Shown here piece by piece: positions 1 through 12,040 of a stretch of DNA of 64,000 nucleotides. A model generated the notes under the pieces. It made no database searches. It was given only the letters and a program-made list of their open reading frames with translations, and was not told the DNA's origin. Positions within the stretch are counted from its first letter, which is position 1, and each line of letters begins with the position of its first letter. A program made the translations under genes and the position numbers. Origin of the DNA: Camelus dromedarius (lineage: Eukaryota); NCBI RefSeq assembly GCF_036321535.1, contig NC_087437.1:17424001-17488000 (forward strand), read 5' to 3'.

Positions 1-111
1 CCCGAGCCCGCCTTCGGGGCACTGACCTGAGGCGGAGCTGGCAGCTGCACAGAGCAGCGGAGCGAATGGTGCTGGGAGAGGGCAGGCGGTACTTGCCTTC
101 CTGGCAGTAAC

Positions 112-290
112 GCAGCACCTGATCACAGTGGTGGGAGGGGGCGTGATCTGCCCACCTGCCTCGCCTGAGAGCAGCATCTGACTGTAGCATCGAGAGGGGG
201 AGTGACCCGCCCGCCTACCGGGTAAGAGCTCAGCACCTGACCCAGTGTTGGGGAGGGGGCGTGATCTGCTAGCCAACAGCCACTGGGAGC
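112..290 (+). repeat. Three ~59-bp degenerate tandem units in the L1 5'UTR
   Basis: Units start cagcacctga/cagcatctga at ~113, ~172 and ~231, each followed by gagggggcgtgatctgc or gagggggagtgacccgc. Confidence 0.75.
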
Positions 291-450
291 AGCACAGATG
301 AGGGCACCAACAGAGGGCCTTTGGAAACAGCAAGCTGAGTTCATGAAACAGGGTGAAGACACAAAGACCTCTTGATAAAATCATTAAGAGCACACCGTCT
401 CCAGGAGAACTAGATAACTGATACTCCTTAAGCCACAGTGCCAGAGAGAT

Positions 451-1344
451 ATGAGCAATATGAAGAAGCAGAGGAACCACTCCCAATTAAAAGGTCAAGA
501 GAAATCCCCTGAAAGCATGATCAAGGAAATAGACATTGATGGCCTACTAGATCAAGATTTCAAAAAAGGAGTGATCAAAGTACTGAAGGAACTAAAAGAA
601 ATAGTGTTTAGAGATATAAAATATGTCAGAAATGAAATAGAAGCTATAAAGAAGAACCAAGTAGAATTAGTAAACTCATTTGCTGAGATGAGAGCTGACC
701 TAAAGGCTGTACAAAGCAGGCTAGCTAATGCAGAGGAACGAATAAGTGACCTAGAAGACAGGACAACAGAAAGCACCCTATCAGAACAGCTGAGAGAAAA
801 CGAAATAAACAATGAAAACAATATAAAGGACCTATTGGATAATATAAAGCGTGCCAATCTACACATAATAGGGGTTCCAGAAGGGGAAGAAAGAACAAAG
901 GGGATTGAAAAGATATTTGAAAAAATCATGACTGAAATCTTCCCAAACCTAAAGGAGTCAGATATCCAAGTACAGGAGGCTCAGAGGGTCCCAAACAGGA
1001 AGAACCCAAAAAGACCCATACCAAGACATATCATAATCAAGATGGCCAGAGTCAAGGATAAAGAAATGATCCTAAAGGCAGCAAGAGAAAAACAAAGAGT
1101 GAGTTACAAGGGAACCCCCATAAGGGTCTCAGTTGATTTCTCTACACAAACACTACAGGCCAGAAAGGAGTGGCAAGATATATTCAAAGTCCTGAATGAA
1201 GAAAAGATGCAGCCTAGGATACTCTATCCAGCAAGGCTATCCTTTAGAATAGAGAGAGAGATAAAGAACTTCACAGACAAGCAAAAACAAAGAGTTTAGC
1301 ACACTAAACCCATGCTAAAAGAAATATTGACAGGCCTACTCTAA
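451..1344 (+). pseudogene. L1 ORF1p (coiled coil, RRM, CTD), nearly intact; small indels create TAG at 1297-1299 just before the natural stop at 1342-1344
   Basis: The ORF track 282-aa protein has NLHIIGVPEGEE, EAQRVPNR, PRHIIIKM, ILKAAREK, YKGTPIR, ARKEW and ILYPARLSF. After the TAG the same frame continues HTKPMLKEILTGLL*, a typical ORF1 end. Confidence 0.92.
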
Positions 1345-3604
1345 ATAGAAAAGAAGCAGGATGCTACAAAAATGAGAAACTCATAACTGGAAAGGAGATA
1401 ACTGCCATGAATTACAAAAACAATAAACACAAAATTGTAAAAGAAGACATCTAAATCATTAAGAGTGGGAGAGGGAGGCAAGGAAAGCCACTGTGGAAAG
1501 TCGTATGGAGATTCCTTGGAAGACTAGGAATAGACTTGCCGTGTGACCCAGGAGTCCCGCTCCTGGGCATGTGTCCAGAGGGAACCTTACTTTGGAATGA
1601 CGCCTGCACCCCAATGTTCATAGCAGCACTGTTTGCAGTGGCCAAGACATGGAAACAGCCTAAATGGCCATCAATGGATGACTGAGTAAAGAGGATATGG
1701 TATATTTATGCGGTGGAATACTTTTCAGCCATGAAAACTGACAGCATGACGCCGTCTGCGGCAACTTGTATGTTCCTGGAGAGTGTCATTCTAGGTGGGG
1801 TGGGCCAGAAAGAGAAAGAAAATACCATATGAGATCGCTCATATGAGGAATCTAAAAAAAAAAAACCATAAATACAAAACAGAAACAGACTCATAGAATA
1901 CAAACTTGTGGTTGCCAAGGGGGTGGGGGATGGGAAGGGACAGACTGGGATTTTAAAATGCAGAATAGATAAACAAGATTATACTGTACAGCATAGGGAA
2001 ATATATACAAGATCTTGTGGTAGCTCATAGTGGGAAAAAATGTGACAATGAATATGTATATGTTCATGTATAACTGAAAAATTGTGCTCTACACTAGAAT
2101 TTGACACAACATTGTAAAGTGACTATCACTCAATAAAAAAAAGTAAAAGAAACAAAAACCTTGTTAAAAATGAGATAAATTTATCTGTGGAAGTAATGGG
2201 CTAGAAGTGCAAAGTGGGGTTGAAGCCTTGGCTATGGCAGGATTTGGGTATGGAAATAGTTGAGGTGGTCCTGAATTCATGTCCTGTAAGATCATAGAGA
2301 CTGAAAGAGTCTCACATGATACTGGGGACCAGAGTTAGCGATACTGAGTAAAACCAAAACCTACTTGTTATAGGAGGTAAGCTGCAACTGACTACTGCTT
2401 GAAGAGTATGACTTAAATAGTCACATCTAACTCCAAAGGAAGCTTAAAATACATTTTTTTTTCTTATGGTAGCTGGTGCTGAGCTCAGTTGGAGAGGTAG
2501 ACACTTAATGGTTTCTGCCATATGGAAATACAGAAATTATAAGAACTGTACAAGAGAATTTCAGATTCAGTGGAATGAGTATATAGAGAGGAGAAGTTAG
2601 GTAGATGCATAGCGAAGGGATCGACTAACTGCTCACAGATGCCTGGGGAAATGATGCAAAGAAAACAAATGTGAATAAGATCATAAAGGATATTCAGGAA
2701 TTTGCTGAACAAGGAAGGGCATGCTGTATTGAGGACTGAAACATCATATGAAGGGAGCTGGAAGTTATGTTAATTCTGTAAGTTTAATTACCATGTGAGT
2801 GGTATTCTGTAGAGGTGCCAAGTATACAAAGTGAAATGAGACTTTGTCTATTTTGTCTAAGAACTTCCTGTGTAGGGAGACATTGTTTAAGCAGCCTGTT
2901 TTAATGAGAAGATGTTGAGTGCCTTAATAAAGTAAATAAAAGGTGGTGTAAGAGCACAGTGGAGAGGTACCTAAATCAGCCTTTTCTGATGAGGCTTCCT
3001 AGAGAAATGACTCTTGAATTTAGGTACCAAAGAAGGAGTAATACACAGATAAACATCCTTATAGAATACCAAATTCAGGGAGCAGAACATGGATCTTTAT
3101 ATATGGGTAGAGCATAGGTACAGAATATGGAAAGATATGACTATGTGAAGGTGTTTTTATTCTGAGGTCTAGGAGGAACCGTTGAAAGATTTTGAGCAGA
3201 AGAGTTAAAAGCTCAGTTATGCTGGCTGTACGATGGAGACTAGGTTGTTTAGAATTTAATAATTAAACAGGAAACATGATATTGTTTAGGAAAGACTTTT
3301 TTTGTTAAAGGAAAAACTCTTAAAACACTTTATTAAAATCTTATTTTTACTGCTGTGGAAAAAAAACAGTAATACCATTTTTTTTTAACCTTATCATAAC
3401 ATGTTCCCCTGTATATCATTTTCATCAGTTGATTTATTTTAAAAGTCATATAATTCACATACTACCATTGTTTTATTGTCTATGTAAATTATCTAAACAG
3501 GGTTTTGACACTTGAAGTGGATTTAAGTACAAAGGACTAAAGTATCTAATAAAAAATGAAACAAAAAGGGAAACATTAGACCTTAAAAAGTTTAAATGTA
3601 TATA

Positions 3605-4268
3605 TTTTTTTCAACTTTTTTATTGTGGTAAAATACACATAAAATTTACCATCCTAACCCCCCCCCCCCCCAGTTTTGTTGAGATATAATTGACATACCT
3701 CACTGTATAAGTTTAAGGTGTACAACATAATGACTTGACTTACGTACATCAGGAAATGATTACCACAATAGGTTTAGTGAACATCTGCCATCTCAGTTTG
3801 TTTGTTCTTGAAATATAATTGACTTATAACACCTATGATCCTGGTATACAACATATATAATGATTCCATATTTCTAAACATTTCAGAATGATCACCGTAA
3901 GTCTAGTTGTTGTCTGTCACTAGACATAGATATTACATAATTATTGACTATATTCCCCACAGTGTATTTCATACCTGTGACTCACTTATTTTGTCACTGA
4001 GAGTTTGTACCCCTTAATCTCCCTCACATACTTTTCTCCTCCTCCAACCCCTACCCTCTGGCAACCTTCTGTTTACTCTGTATCTATGACTCCGTTTAGT
4101 TATGTTTGTGCATTTGTTTTGTTTTTTAGATTCCACATATAACTGAAATCACATAGTATTTGTCCTTCTCTGTCTAACTTATTTCACTTAGCCTAGTATC
4201 TTCTAGGTCCATCCATGTTGTTGCAAATGGCAAGATATCATTCTTATTTTAATAGCTGAGTAATATTC

Positions 4269-4302
<34 letters not shown>

Positions 4303-4630
4303 CACATCTTCTTTATCCATTCATCTGTTGATGGGCACTTAGTTTGCTTCTATATCTTGGCTGTTGCAAATAATGCTGCAATGAACATAGGGGTTCATAT
4401 ATCTTTTTGCATTAGTGTTCTGGTTTTCTTTGGATAAATATCCAGAAGTGGAAATCCTGGATCATATGGTAGTTCTATTTGTAAGTTTTTGAGGAATCTC
4501 TATACTGTTTTTCATAGTGGCTTCACCAGTTTATATTCCCACCAGTGGTGCATGAGAGTTCTTTTTTGTCCATTTTCTCTCTGACACTTAATTGTTGTCT
4601 TTTTGATAATAGCCATTCTGACATCTCTGA
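3605..4630 (-). mobile_element. Older L1 (L1MA-like) 3' ends, antisense, with internal (GT)n
   Basis: Typical antisense L1 3' sequence (ccatgttgttgcaaatggcaag; gatgggcacttagtttgcttc; gaggaatctctatactgttttt). (GT)n at 4271-4300. Confidence 0.85.
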
Positions 4631-5256
4631 GTAAAGTCCTGAATTTATTTTTGAATAAAACTTACGCATGGAGGCCATGAGGGGGAGGTAAAGTGCAGCA
4701 GTTAATGTGAAAGATGTACAAATGTTATAATTAATTGCATGTTAAATATGTCTGGGATTTCAGGTGACCACAGGTTTGGTGTATGACAGGAGAATATAGT
4801 TGCTAAAAGTAATGATGTAATCTAAACCTTATTTATACTGTATATCTTGGGGAAATGATAGTTCCACTGTCCCCTGTGCTGTGTGTATTCTTTTGGAAAT
4901 ATGTACACCTTGAAACAACACTTTTAAGGAATACAGTAATTAGAGTATACTAAAGAGGAGTGGAGTAGTGAGGGGTTAATATAATGAAAAAATTAAAAAA
5001 CAGTACAAATCTGGTTTTGTTTAGTCTGGGAAATTTAAGGGGAAACTTAGATCATATTTTTAGTGCTCAAAAAAGACTTGGATTTTATCTGATTCAGGTT
5101 CCTTATTTTACAGATAAGAAAATGGAGTTTCAGGGAGGTTGATAGGACATTCCCTGAGTCATAGCTAATGACACAGTAGTGTCTAGAACCCAAGTATGTG
5201 GTTAGAAAGGAAATTGAATGTATCATAAGCATATTTTATTTGGAGGGGCAGTGAAG

Positions 5257-5352
5257 CAGGGCTGGGACTAGAGTGAGGCAAGCAACTAAGTTGCCTAAGG
5301 TACAGAACTGAAGGAGGTACTCACCCTTAGGTGCAGACCCTGCACTTGGAGG
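5257..5352. mobile_element. MER91-like DNA transposon fossil
   Basis: cagggctgggactagagtgaggcaag...gaccctgcacttg. A related copy lies at ~46195-46280 (ccctgcacttgcac...ctagtcccaacct). Confidence 0.55.
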
Positions 5353-8300
5353 ATCCTTATTTATCAATATAATGTGTAAACATGGTTTAAATTGTCAAAT
5401 AGGGCTAAGAGGTACCTCCCAGCCCTACAGATTAGGAATAGCCTGAGGAAGCTAGATGGGTTGGTGGTAGAAGAGAACTATCCCTGAAGACCTAGCCCTC
5501 TGTGTGCAGTAATATAACAGTTTGCAAGCACCTGTGGAGAATTGCATCACTTTGTGAGAACAGTGTGAGGTGTTCTGTCTTGAGGCCTGGACTGGTTCCT
5601 ATTCTCCTTTTTCCCTTGAATAAGATCTCAGAAGGTGAAGATTTTTCTTTGTACTTTTAAAGCTATTTAACCTACACAACGACTTGAGAGTTACTCAGGC
5701 TTGGCTGAAGAGTTTAGAGAATCTAGACAGATAATAAATAATAAAGAAATAAGAGATAACCCAAGTGTTTTGCTGTCATAGCCTCTGGTCTCTAGTTTTT
5801 GACTCCCATTTTGTTTTTGAGAGTGGAGTTACCTAGTTCAGCTCTACTCTCCTTAGGTAAAGGACATGATTCTTTATGATGGTCTTTTCCCCCAGCACTT
5901 AGGGGTTAAGAGGCAGTCTAGGCTGAATAAAATTCCTACTTCCTTGTTTCAGGAAGATACTTTGTATTTCCCAGAACCTCCAGGATGGATGACATATAGA
6001 GTAGAAAAGCCCTCCTCCAAATATGAATAGTCCCCTTTTTGGCATTACCCTGTATGAGGGGAATAAAACCAGAATGTACAGCCTGTCGTAGAACTAGTGG
6101 ATATAAACTTGTTATGCTGCTTCTCTGGATCTGTCCTGTTTTGTACTTGATACCAAGCTTGCCTTCTTAGGACCATTATATTTTTTTATTCTTTAGGTCT
6201 TTGGAATTAAAGGCAGACCATGTGTTTTTATATTACATTTTAAAATAGATGTATTCTGGGAGCTAAGAGTTTTATAAAGTGAAAAGATGGGTGGTTTTAT
6301 TGGTCTGGTCCAGTCAGAGGTAGCTAAATGTATAAACAGTAGCAACACACTGGACCTAATTTACAGATGCAATTGGCATACTTTGTGATGCTAATTGGGA
6401 GTGGAATAAGTTTAAGTCAGCACTACAGATAAAATAATATTAACAAGAAATAGAACTTTTCCCTCTAGCCTATAAGCTCTTCCAGGACCGCTTTAGCTTG
6501 TAAGCTGGTTTGCTCATAATGTGCCCAGCACATAGTAGGACCTCAAAAAAAATAACTGGTAAAGATGTTTACAAGTGAAAGCTTGGTAAATTCAGTGATT
6601 TGGTTGTTTATAAGCTCCACATAGTGTTCAGAGTTGATTTTCATTAAACCCATTCCAAAGTGTTTATACACACAAACATACACAGAGTTGTTAAATTTGG
6701 AAATATCTGTACTTGCTAGTATTGGGATTTCCTTAATCTCCATCTAGCTTTTTGTATTCTTGTTTCTGTTTATTTTTCTTCCATCTGAAGTCTCCTTTCT
6801 TATAGTGTTTTCTCCCTTTAAATTTGATACTCTTTTTTTTTTCAGTCAGTTATGATGCCTATTACTGTCTTATATATTGGCCCTATTTTTGTTTTAACAA
6901 TTTTTCATTTCATAAATGAAATTTATGAAAAAAGTTGGGGTTAGATTCTAGATTGAAGAATGATTAGGTTTGGGGGCTCAAAAACTGAAATCTAATCTTT
7001 GTTTGCCTCTCAGCTTCATTGCCAGGTTCTACATGGTGACGTTTACTCTGAGGGTACGTGCTCTCAGATTTAAGTCTGTTGGGAAAAGAGTGTCTTCCCA
7101 GTAACCCCTTTAGGTATCCCAGGAGTCTTTCTGGATGAACAACTTGAGTTTTAAGCCCATTCTCGAACTAGTGACAAGAATTAAGGGAATTTAATATTCT
7201 GATTGGCCAAAATGAGTTGCAGATACTGTATCTGAGTTGGTGCAACTCCACGTGATAAATGGTGGAATAGAATTGGGGTGGGGATAGAGAGGATAGTTTC
7301 TCAGAAAGAAGTTGAGATAGTATAACAAAAAGAAGAGAGAATAGATGCTGGTACAGCATAAAAGTTAGCTATTCAGTATTTTGATTGACTGAATTTTTTA
7401 TTTTTAAGGGATCAGTGAGGCTTTCTACATTTTTTAGTCATCAATATATGAATATAGTTTAAAATGTCAAATAGTGCTAAGAGGCCTATAACAAAAATAG
7501 CAATCCTTTGCTCTCCCTCTACTTTTCTCACCCCTTTGACTCAGGAAGTAATCACTTTCAACTTCTCTAGCTGTTTCTAATGATACTTGATGAAACGAGA
7601 AGAAACAGCTAAAAAAAGTGAGAGTGATTACCTCGAGGCAAGGGGGAGGAAAAAGGAGCAGAACTAAATACTGTTACTTTTGTTATAGGCCTCTTAGCAC
7701 TATATGACATTCTAAACTATGTTCATGTATTACTTTGATAAGTAAAATCTTTATAATGTCTTATTATCTCTTATTCATTAAATTTAGACATCTGCTGGTT
7801 TTAAGATGAATGTTGGCATTCATTTTCTTAACCTATCTTTCTTGGCGCCACTGTCTTGATAAAATTACATACTCAGATTCAGTGTTTTCGTTAGTATGAC
7901 CACATAACCATGTATGTATTGCTTACAGCTGACCCACCTCCTATGACTAAATATCCTGTCTTGTGTAACTTATTTTTTCTTGAAATTCACAAGGAATTTA
8001 TTAGATTCTCATTTAAAATTTTCTTTGAATTTATAGCTTAGCCTTCCCACGCCCACCAAGAGTTCTATAAAATTTGTATTTGTATAATTTTTCATGTGGT
8101 CATATCTGTCAGGTTACCTGTCAGTTTTTTTCTTTTTCCTGTAATTGTATTCCAGTTTGGACTATTTATTCTAGGCCTGCTTCAGAGCTTAATTTGCTTT
8201 TGTTGACATCCTAGGAATCTTTTTGCCTTTCTTCATTGGTTCCTCTGCTTTCAGTGTCTTCTTTTTTCTTCCTTTACTCCTTTGTTTTGCTATAGTATGT

Positions 8301-8566
8301 TCTCTAGTTATTTCCTGAGTAAAGGTACATTGGAATTAAATATTTTTTGAGAATGCATATCTGAAAATGATTTTATTCTCTCATACTTAATTAGTAGTTT
8401 GGCTGTGTATAGGAGAGTTATCATTTAATGGGTGTAGAGTTTCAGTTTTGCAATATGAAAATTGTTCTGAAGATGGATGGTGGTAATGATTGCATAACAC
8501 TATGAATGTACTTAATGCCACAAAACTGTACACTTAAAAATGGTTCAGATGATAAATTCTATGTGT

Positions 8567-8943
8567 ATTGTATGAGTTTGCTAGGGCTACCGTAACAAAG
8601 TATCATACACTTGGTGGCTTAAACAACAGAAATTTATTGTCTCGAAGTTCTGGAGGCTGGAGTCTGATCTGAGAGCAAATACTGGCAGGTTTGATTTCTT
8701 TTGAGATCTTTTTCTGGCTTGTTGGATGGTTGTTTTCTCCCACTGTCTTCATGTAGTCTTCCCACTGAGTGTATCTGTGAACTAATTAGCTCTTAAAATG
8801 ACTGGATTAGGGTCCATCCTAATGACCTCATTTTACCTTAATTACCTTGTTAAAGACCCTATCTCCAAATTGTAGTTACATTCTGAGGTGCTAGAAATTA
8901 GGACTTCATCTCAATTTGAGGGGGTGGGAGTTCAATTCATAAC
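8567..8943. mobile_element. MaLR LTR (MLT1A/B-like) inserted in an L1MB-like 3' end (8410-8970)
   Basis: tgtatgagtttgctagggctaccgtaacaaag...ggcttaaacaacagaaatttattgtctc...acattctgaggtgctag; L1 3'UTR sequence resumes on both sides. Confidence 0.8.
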
Positions 8944-10344
8944 GTATATTTTAACCACAATTTTAAAAATACACATAAAAATGTGATTATAGTCAATTAT
9001 TAACCCATTTATGTTTAGTTGTTACGAAGTACGATAAGAATTAGATCAGTTAGTATGTTTACATTTGTTGTATTAATTTGACATTAAATTCTTCATTATT
9101 TTACACTTTTGTCATAGGTGGTGGTTTATGCCATAATTGTCTGCTTACAATTTAGCAGTATTAGCAAGATTATTATACTGCTTTTACAGTAACATATAAT
9201 GACTAAATCATATAAAATGTAATATTCTTCAGATTATGAAATGACAATACATTCTTATTTTGATCTTGATATAGCTTATTGTAATTCAGAGAGTAATAAG
9301 TAAAGTTTTGTGATACCTGACAAAATAATCATATAAGGATTAATGCCTTGTATATAAAAGACATTAATTAAATCAGTTGTTGAAGAAATAAAATTATAAT
9401 CTATATTTTGAGAGCAGGATTTTTGCTTGATATGCCTGTCTTTACTCTCAGGCTTTAGCTCACTGTTCTCCTGGTCTGTAGTAACTACTCAGTAAACATT
9501 CGTTGAATGAGTAAGTGAATGAATTTTGATATGCATGGGACTTTAATCTTTGTCATTATTTTGTGCTTTCTCATATTAGGGATGTTTTTAAAGTGGTATT
9601 TTCAAAAGTAGATAGGATAAGTTGGCATTTTATTTCACCTATTCTTTAAAAACAAAAAGAAAAGCCTTAACTTTAAATAGTCTTTTGTTTCAGACTAGTA
9701 TGTAAATTTTTGTTTTCCCCATGATGGGATTCTCATCCATGTTGTTTCATTAGTAAGCATGTCTAGCAATTAAAATTACTTGAGAAAAGAGTAAGTTTTA
9801 AAGCATTGAATAGAATAAAATAATTTTATAAATTGACCTGTCTTTTTGCATTACTTACAGCTTATTGAAGTTGGTTATTTGGGGATTTTCCCCTCTTCAT
9901 TGTTTACTGAGAGATCTGTAGCCCAACCAAACTTCCGGAGCTAGTCACTTGGGTATTGTCACTCTGCTGATTTTTATCAGAAACAGGAAATTGTCAAGTT
10001 ATGTGTTAAAAGTACAGCAGATTCTAAAATTGCGTTTATATTAGCGTGAGAGATTTCCCTTTAGAATTTTTTTCTGTCACTATCTGGTTCTTTAATTTTT
10101 CCTCAGAATGTAACAACTGGCTTGCCAAAAATGGTCATATTTATCATGATCTTTATACATAGCAAACAGTGCCCTTCCTCATAGTTTACAGATCATACAC
10201 AATATAATAAAATGATTTGATAAGATGACTGATAAATTGACTTAGTGTCATTAATATATAGATCTACCTAATGAATTTGTAAAAGTAGGTTGGGAAGAAA
10301 ATGTTGTTAGGTGTTTGGCCTGATTTTATTCCCATATTTAGATT

Positions 10345-11363
10345 AGCAATTCTCTAAAGTTTCCTAAAATGGACCTTCTAGGGAGTTTACAAGGCCAAAA
10401 CTGTTTTCATTAGACTGTGATGTTCAGTTTCCGTTGCGACTCTGGAGTTTGCAGAGAATGCATGAAGTGCAGTGATGTTAAGATGTCAACATTTGGAAGG
10501 TCTGCAAAACTCAGTGAATGTATATTGATGATACAAAACCACGAATGAGTAAAAATAGTTCCATTTAAAGCATAAGGCAGATCAATGAATGTTTTCTGCT
10601 ATATATTTATTTTAGTTTATATATACTCCACTTTTTGGCATGTGGGTGAGATTTGACACATACTTAGAGTTATGTTATCACTACCACAGTCTTAAGTACA
10701 GAACAGTTCCTTCACCTGCTCTCAAGAAAAAAAAATTTTTCTCTTGCTTTCAGAGGAGCCTGGCTAGAGTTTGTTCAAGGGTAGAGTCTTTGTCATAGAT
10801 TACCTTCTTCAGCTTTTCTTTCATAGGGGTTTTCCCCATATTCTCCAGCTCCCAGCGACCTGTCTTCCTGGTTTCTTTGACCAGAAAGATTGGGTTCTCT
10901 TATCTGAGTTTCAGTCTCCCATGTTGTTGCTCAGTTCTGGGCATGACTGTGCCTGCATTCAGGGTGAAGTGGTGAGAGAAAGGATAGGTGTCCTTTTAGG
11001 GTCTTAATGTATGTGCCATCTCCACCATTGTGGCAGCAGCACAGATCCACACAGAGACTGGCCTTAAGACAGAGCTGGGAGAAGAAAAAAGAGGAAGAAA
11101 CACTTATGGTCTTAACTCACTCTGGCTTTCTAGAGCCTTTTCCCACTGTCTTTTGGCCAAATGAGCTTCTCTTGAGTTTTTTCCTTACTGCACCTGCTAC
11201 GCAATTTCCTATTCTGCCTGGCTTTGGGTCAAAGCTAGGAAATTGTGTGTATGTGTGGTGAGGGTGACCAAAAGGAAATTTGTCATTGCTGTATTGGTCT
11301 TTTTTCAAATTGATTTCCCTCTCCAATCTACCTATATATGTTTCAGAGTCTTTAGGTAGCTAA

Positions 11364-11401
<38 letters not shown>

Positions 11402-12040
11402 CTGGAGATTTAATTGTAATCATTTGGGGAGAGAGATTACAGTAGGCTTACACTCATCATTCCTGGAATTGAAAATACTTAGGCCAATGAGTTTTAATAC
11501 GTGAAACAGTATGGAAAAGTTCATTATAAACTTTTAGATTCCATGTTAGAAACTAGTATTTAAGAAACTCTAGTGCTTGTCAGATTTTAGTGTAGTATCA
11601 AAAAAGAATCCACAGTTATCTGGAAAGACTCTTAAAATACTCCTCATCTTTTTCCTACTACATCTGTGTGAGACCAGGTTTTCTTTTCAGCCTAAACAGT
11701 GTTGTAATACATTAAATGCTGAAACAAATGTAAGAATCCACCTGTCTTCTATTAAATCATACATTAAAAAGATTTGCAAAAATGTAAAATAATTCCACTC
11801 TTTTCACTAATGTTTTGTTTTGGAAGGCATAATTTTCATAAAAATATGTTAAAATGCATTGGATTAAATGTGATTGTATTTAATTGAATTAAAAGTATCC
11901 CAATATTTTCTTAATTTTAATTCCTGACATGGTAAATATTGATAGATATAACTGATATAAACAAAAAAGCTCTTTGGGCCTTCAGTTTTAAGTATGTAAA
12001 GGGATTTTTGAAACCAAATAGTTTGAGAATTGCTGGTTTA
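10345..12040. mobile_element. hAT-Charlie (Charlie1-like) fossil, interrupted by old L1 fragments (~10600-11470)
   Basis: The transposase C-terminal-like remnant LCETRFS...LNAETNVRIHLSSIK..IKKICKN (ORF 11577-11792) and the Charlie-type ends at ~10350 and ~12030. Confidence 0.65.
11366..11397. repeat. (TG)n microsatellite
   Basis: Direct reading. Confidence 0.95.

Larger units (their letters stand above)
1..2158 (+). mobile_element. LINE-1 copy with internal deletion: 5'UTR (truncated by window edge) + ORF1 + spacer, fused at ~1486 to the ORF2 3' end, 3'UTR and A-rich tail
   Basis: GC-rich 5'UTR at 1-450. L1 ORF1p motifs at 451-1344. ORF2 C-terminal-like PLWK..WRFL...PMFIAALF..AKTWKQPK from ~1488. 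AATAAA and A-rich tail at 2132-2158. Confidence 0.93.

Noticed and set aside
552..929. 125-aa antisense ORF
   Set aside because: Shadow frame of A-rich L1 ORF1.
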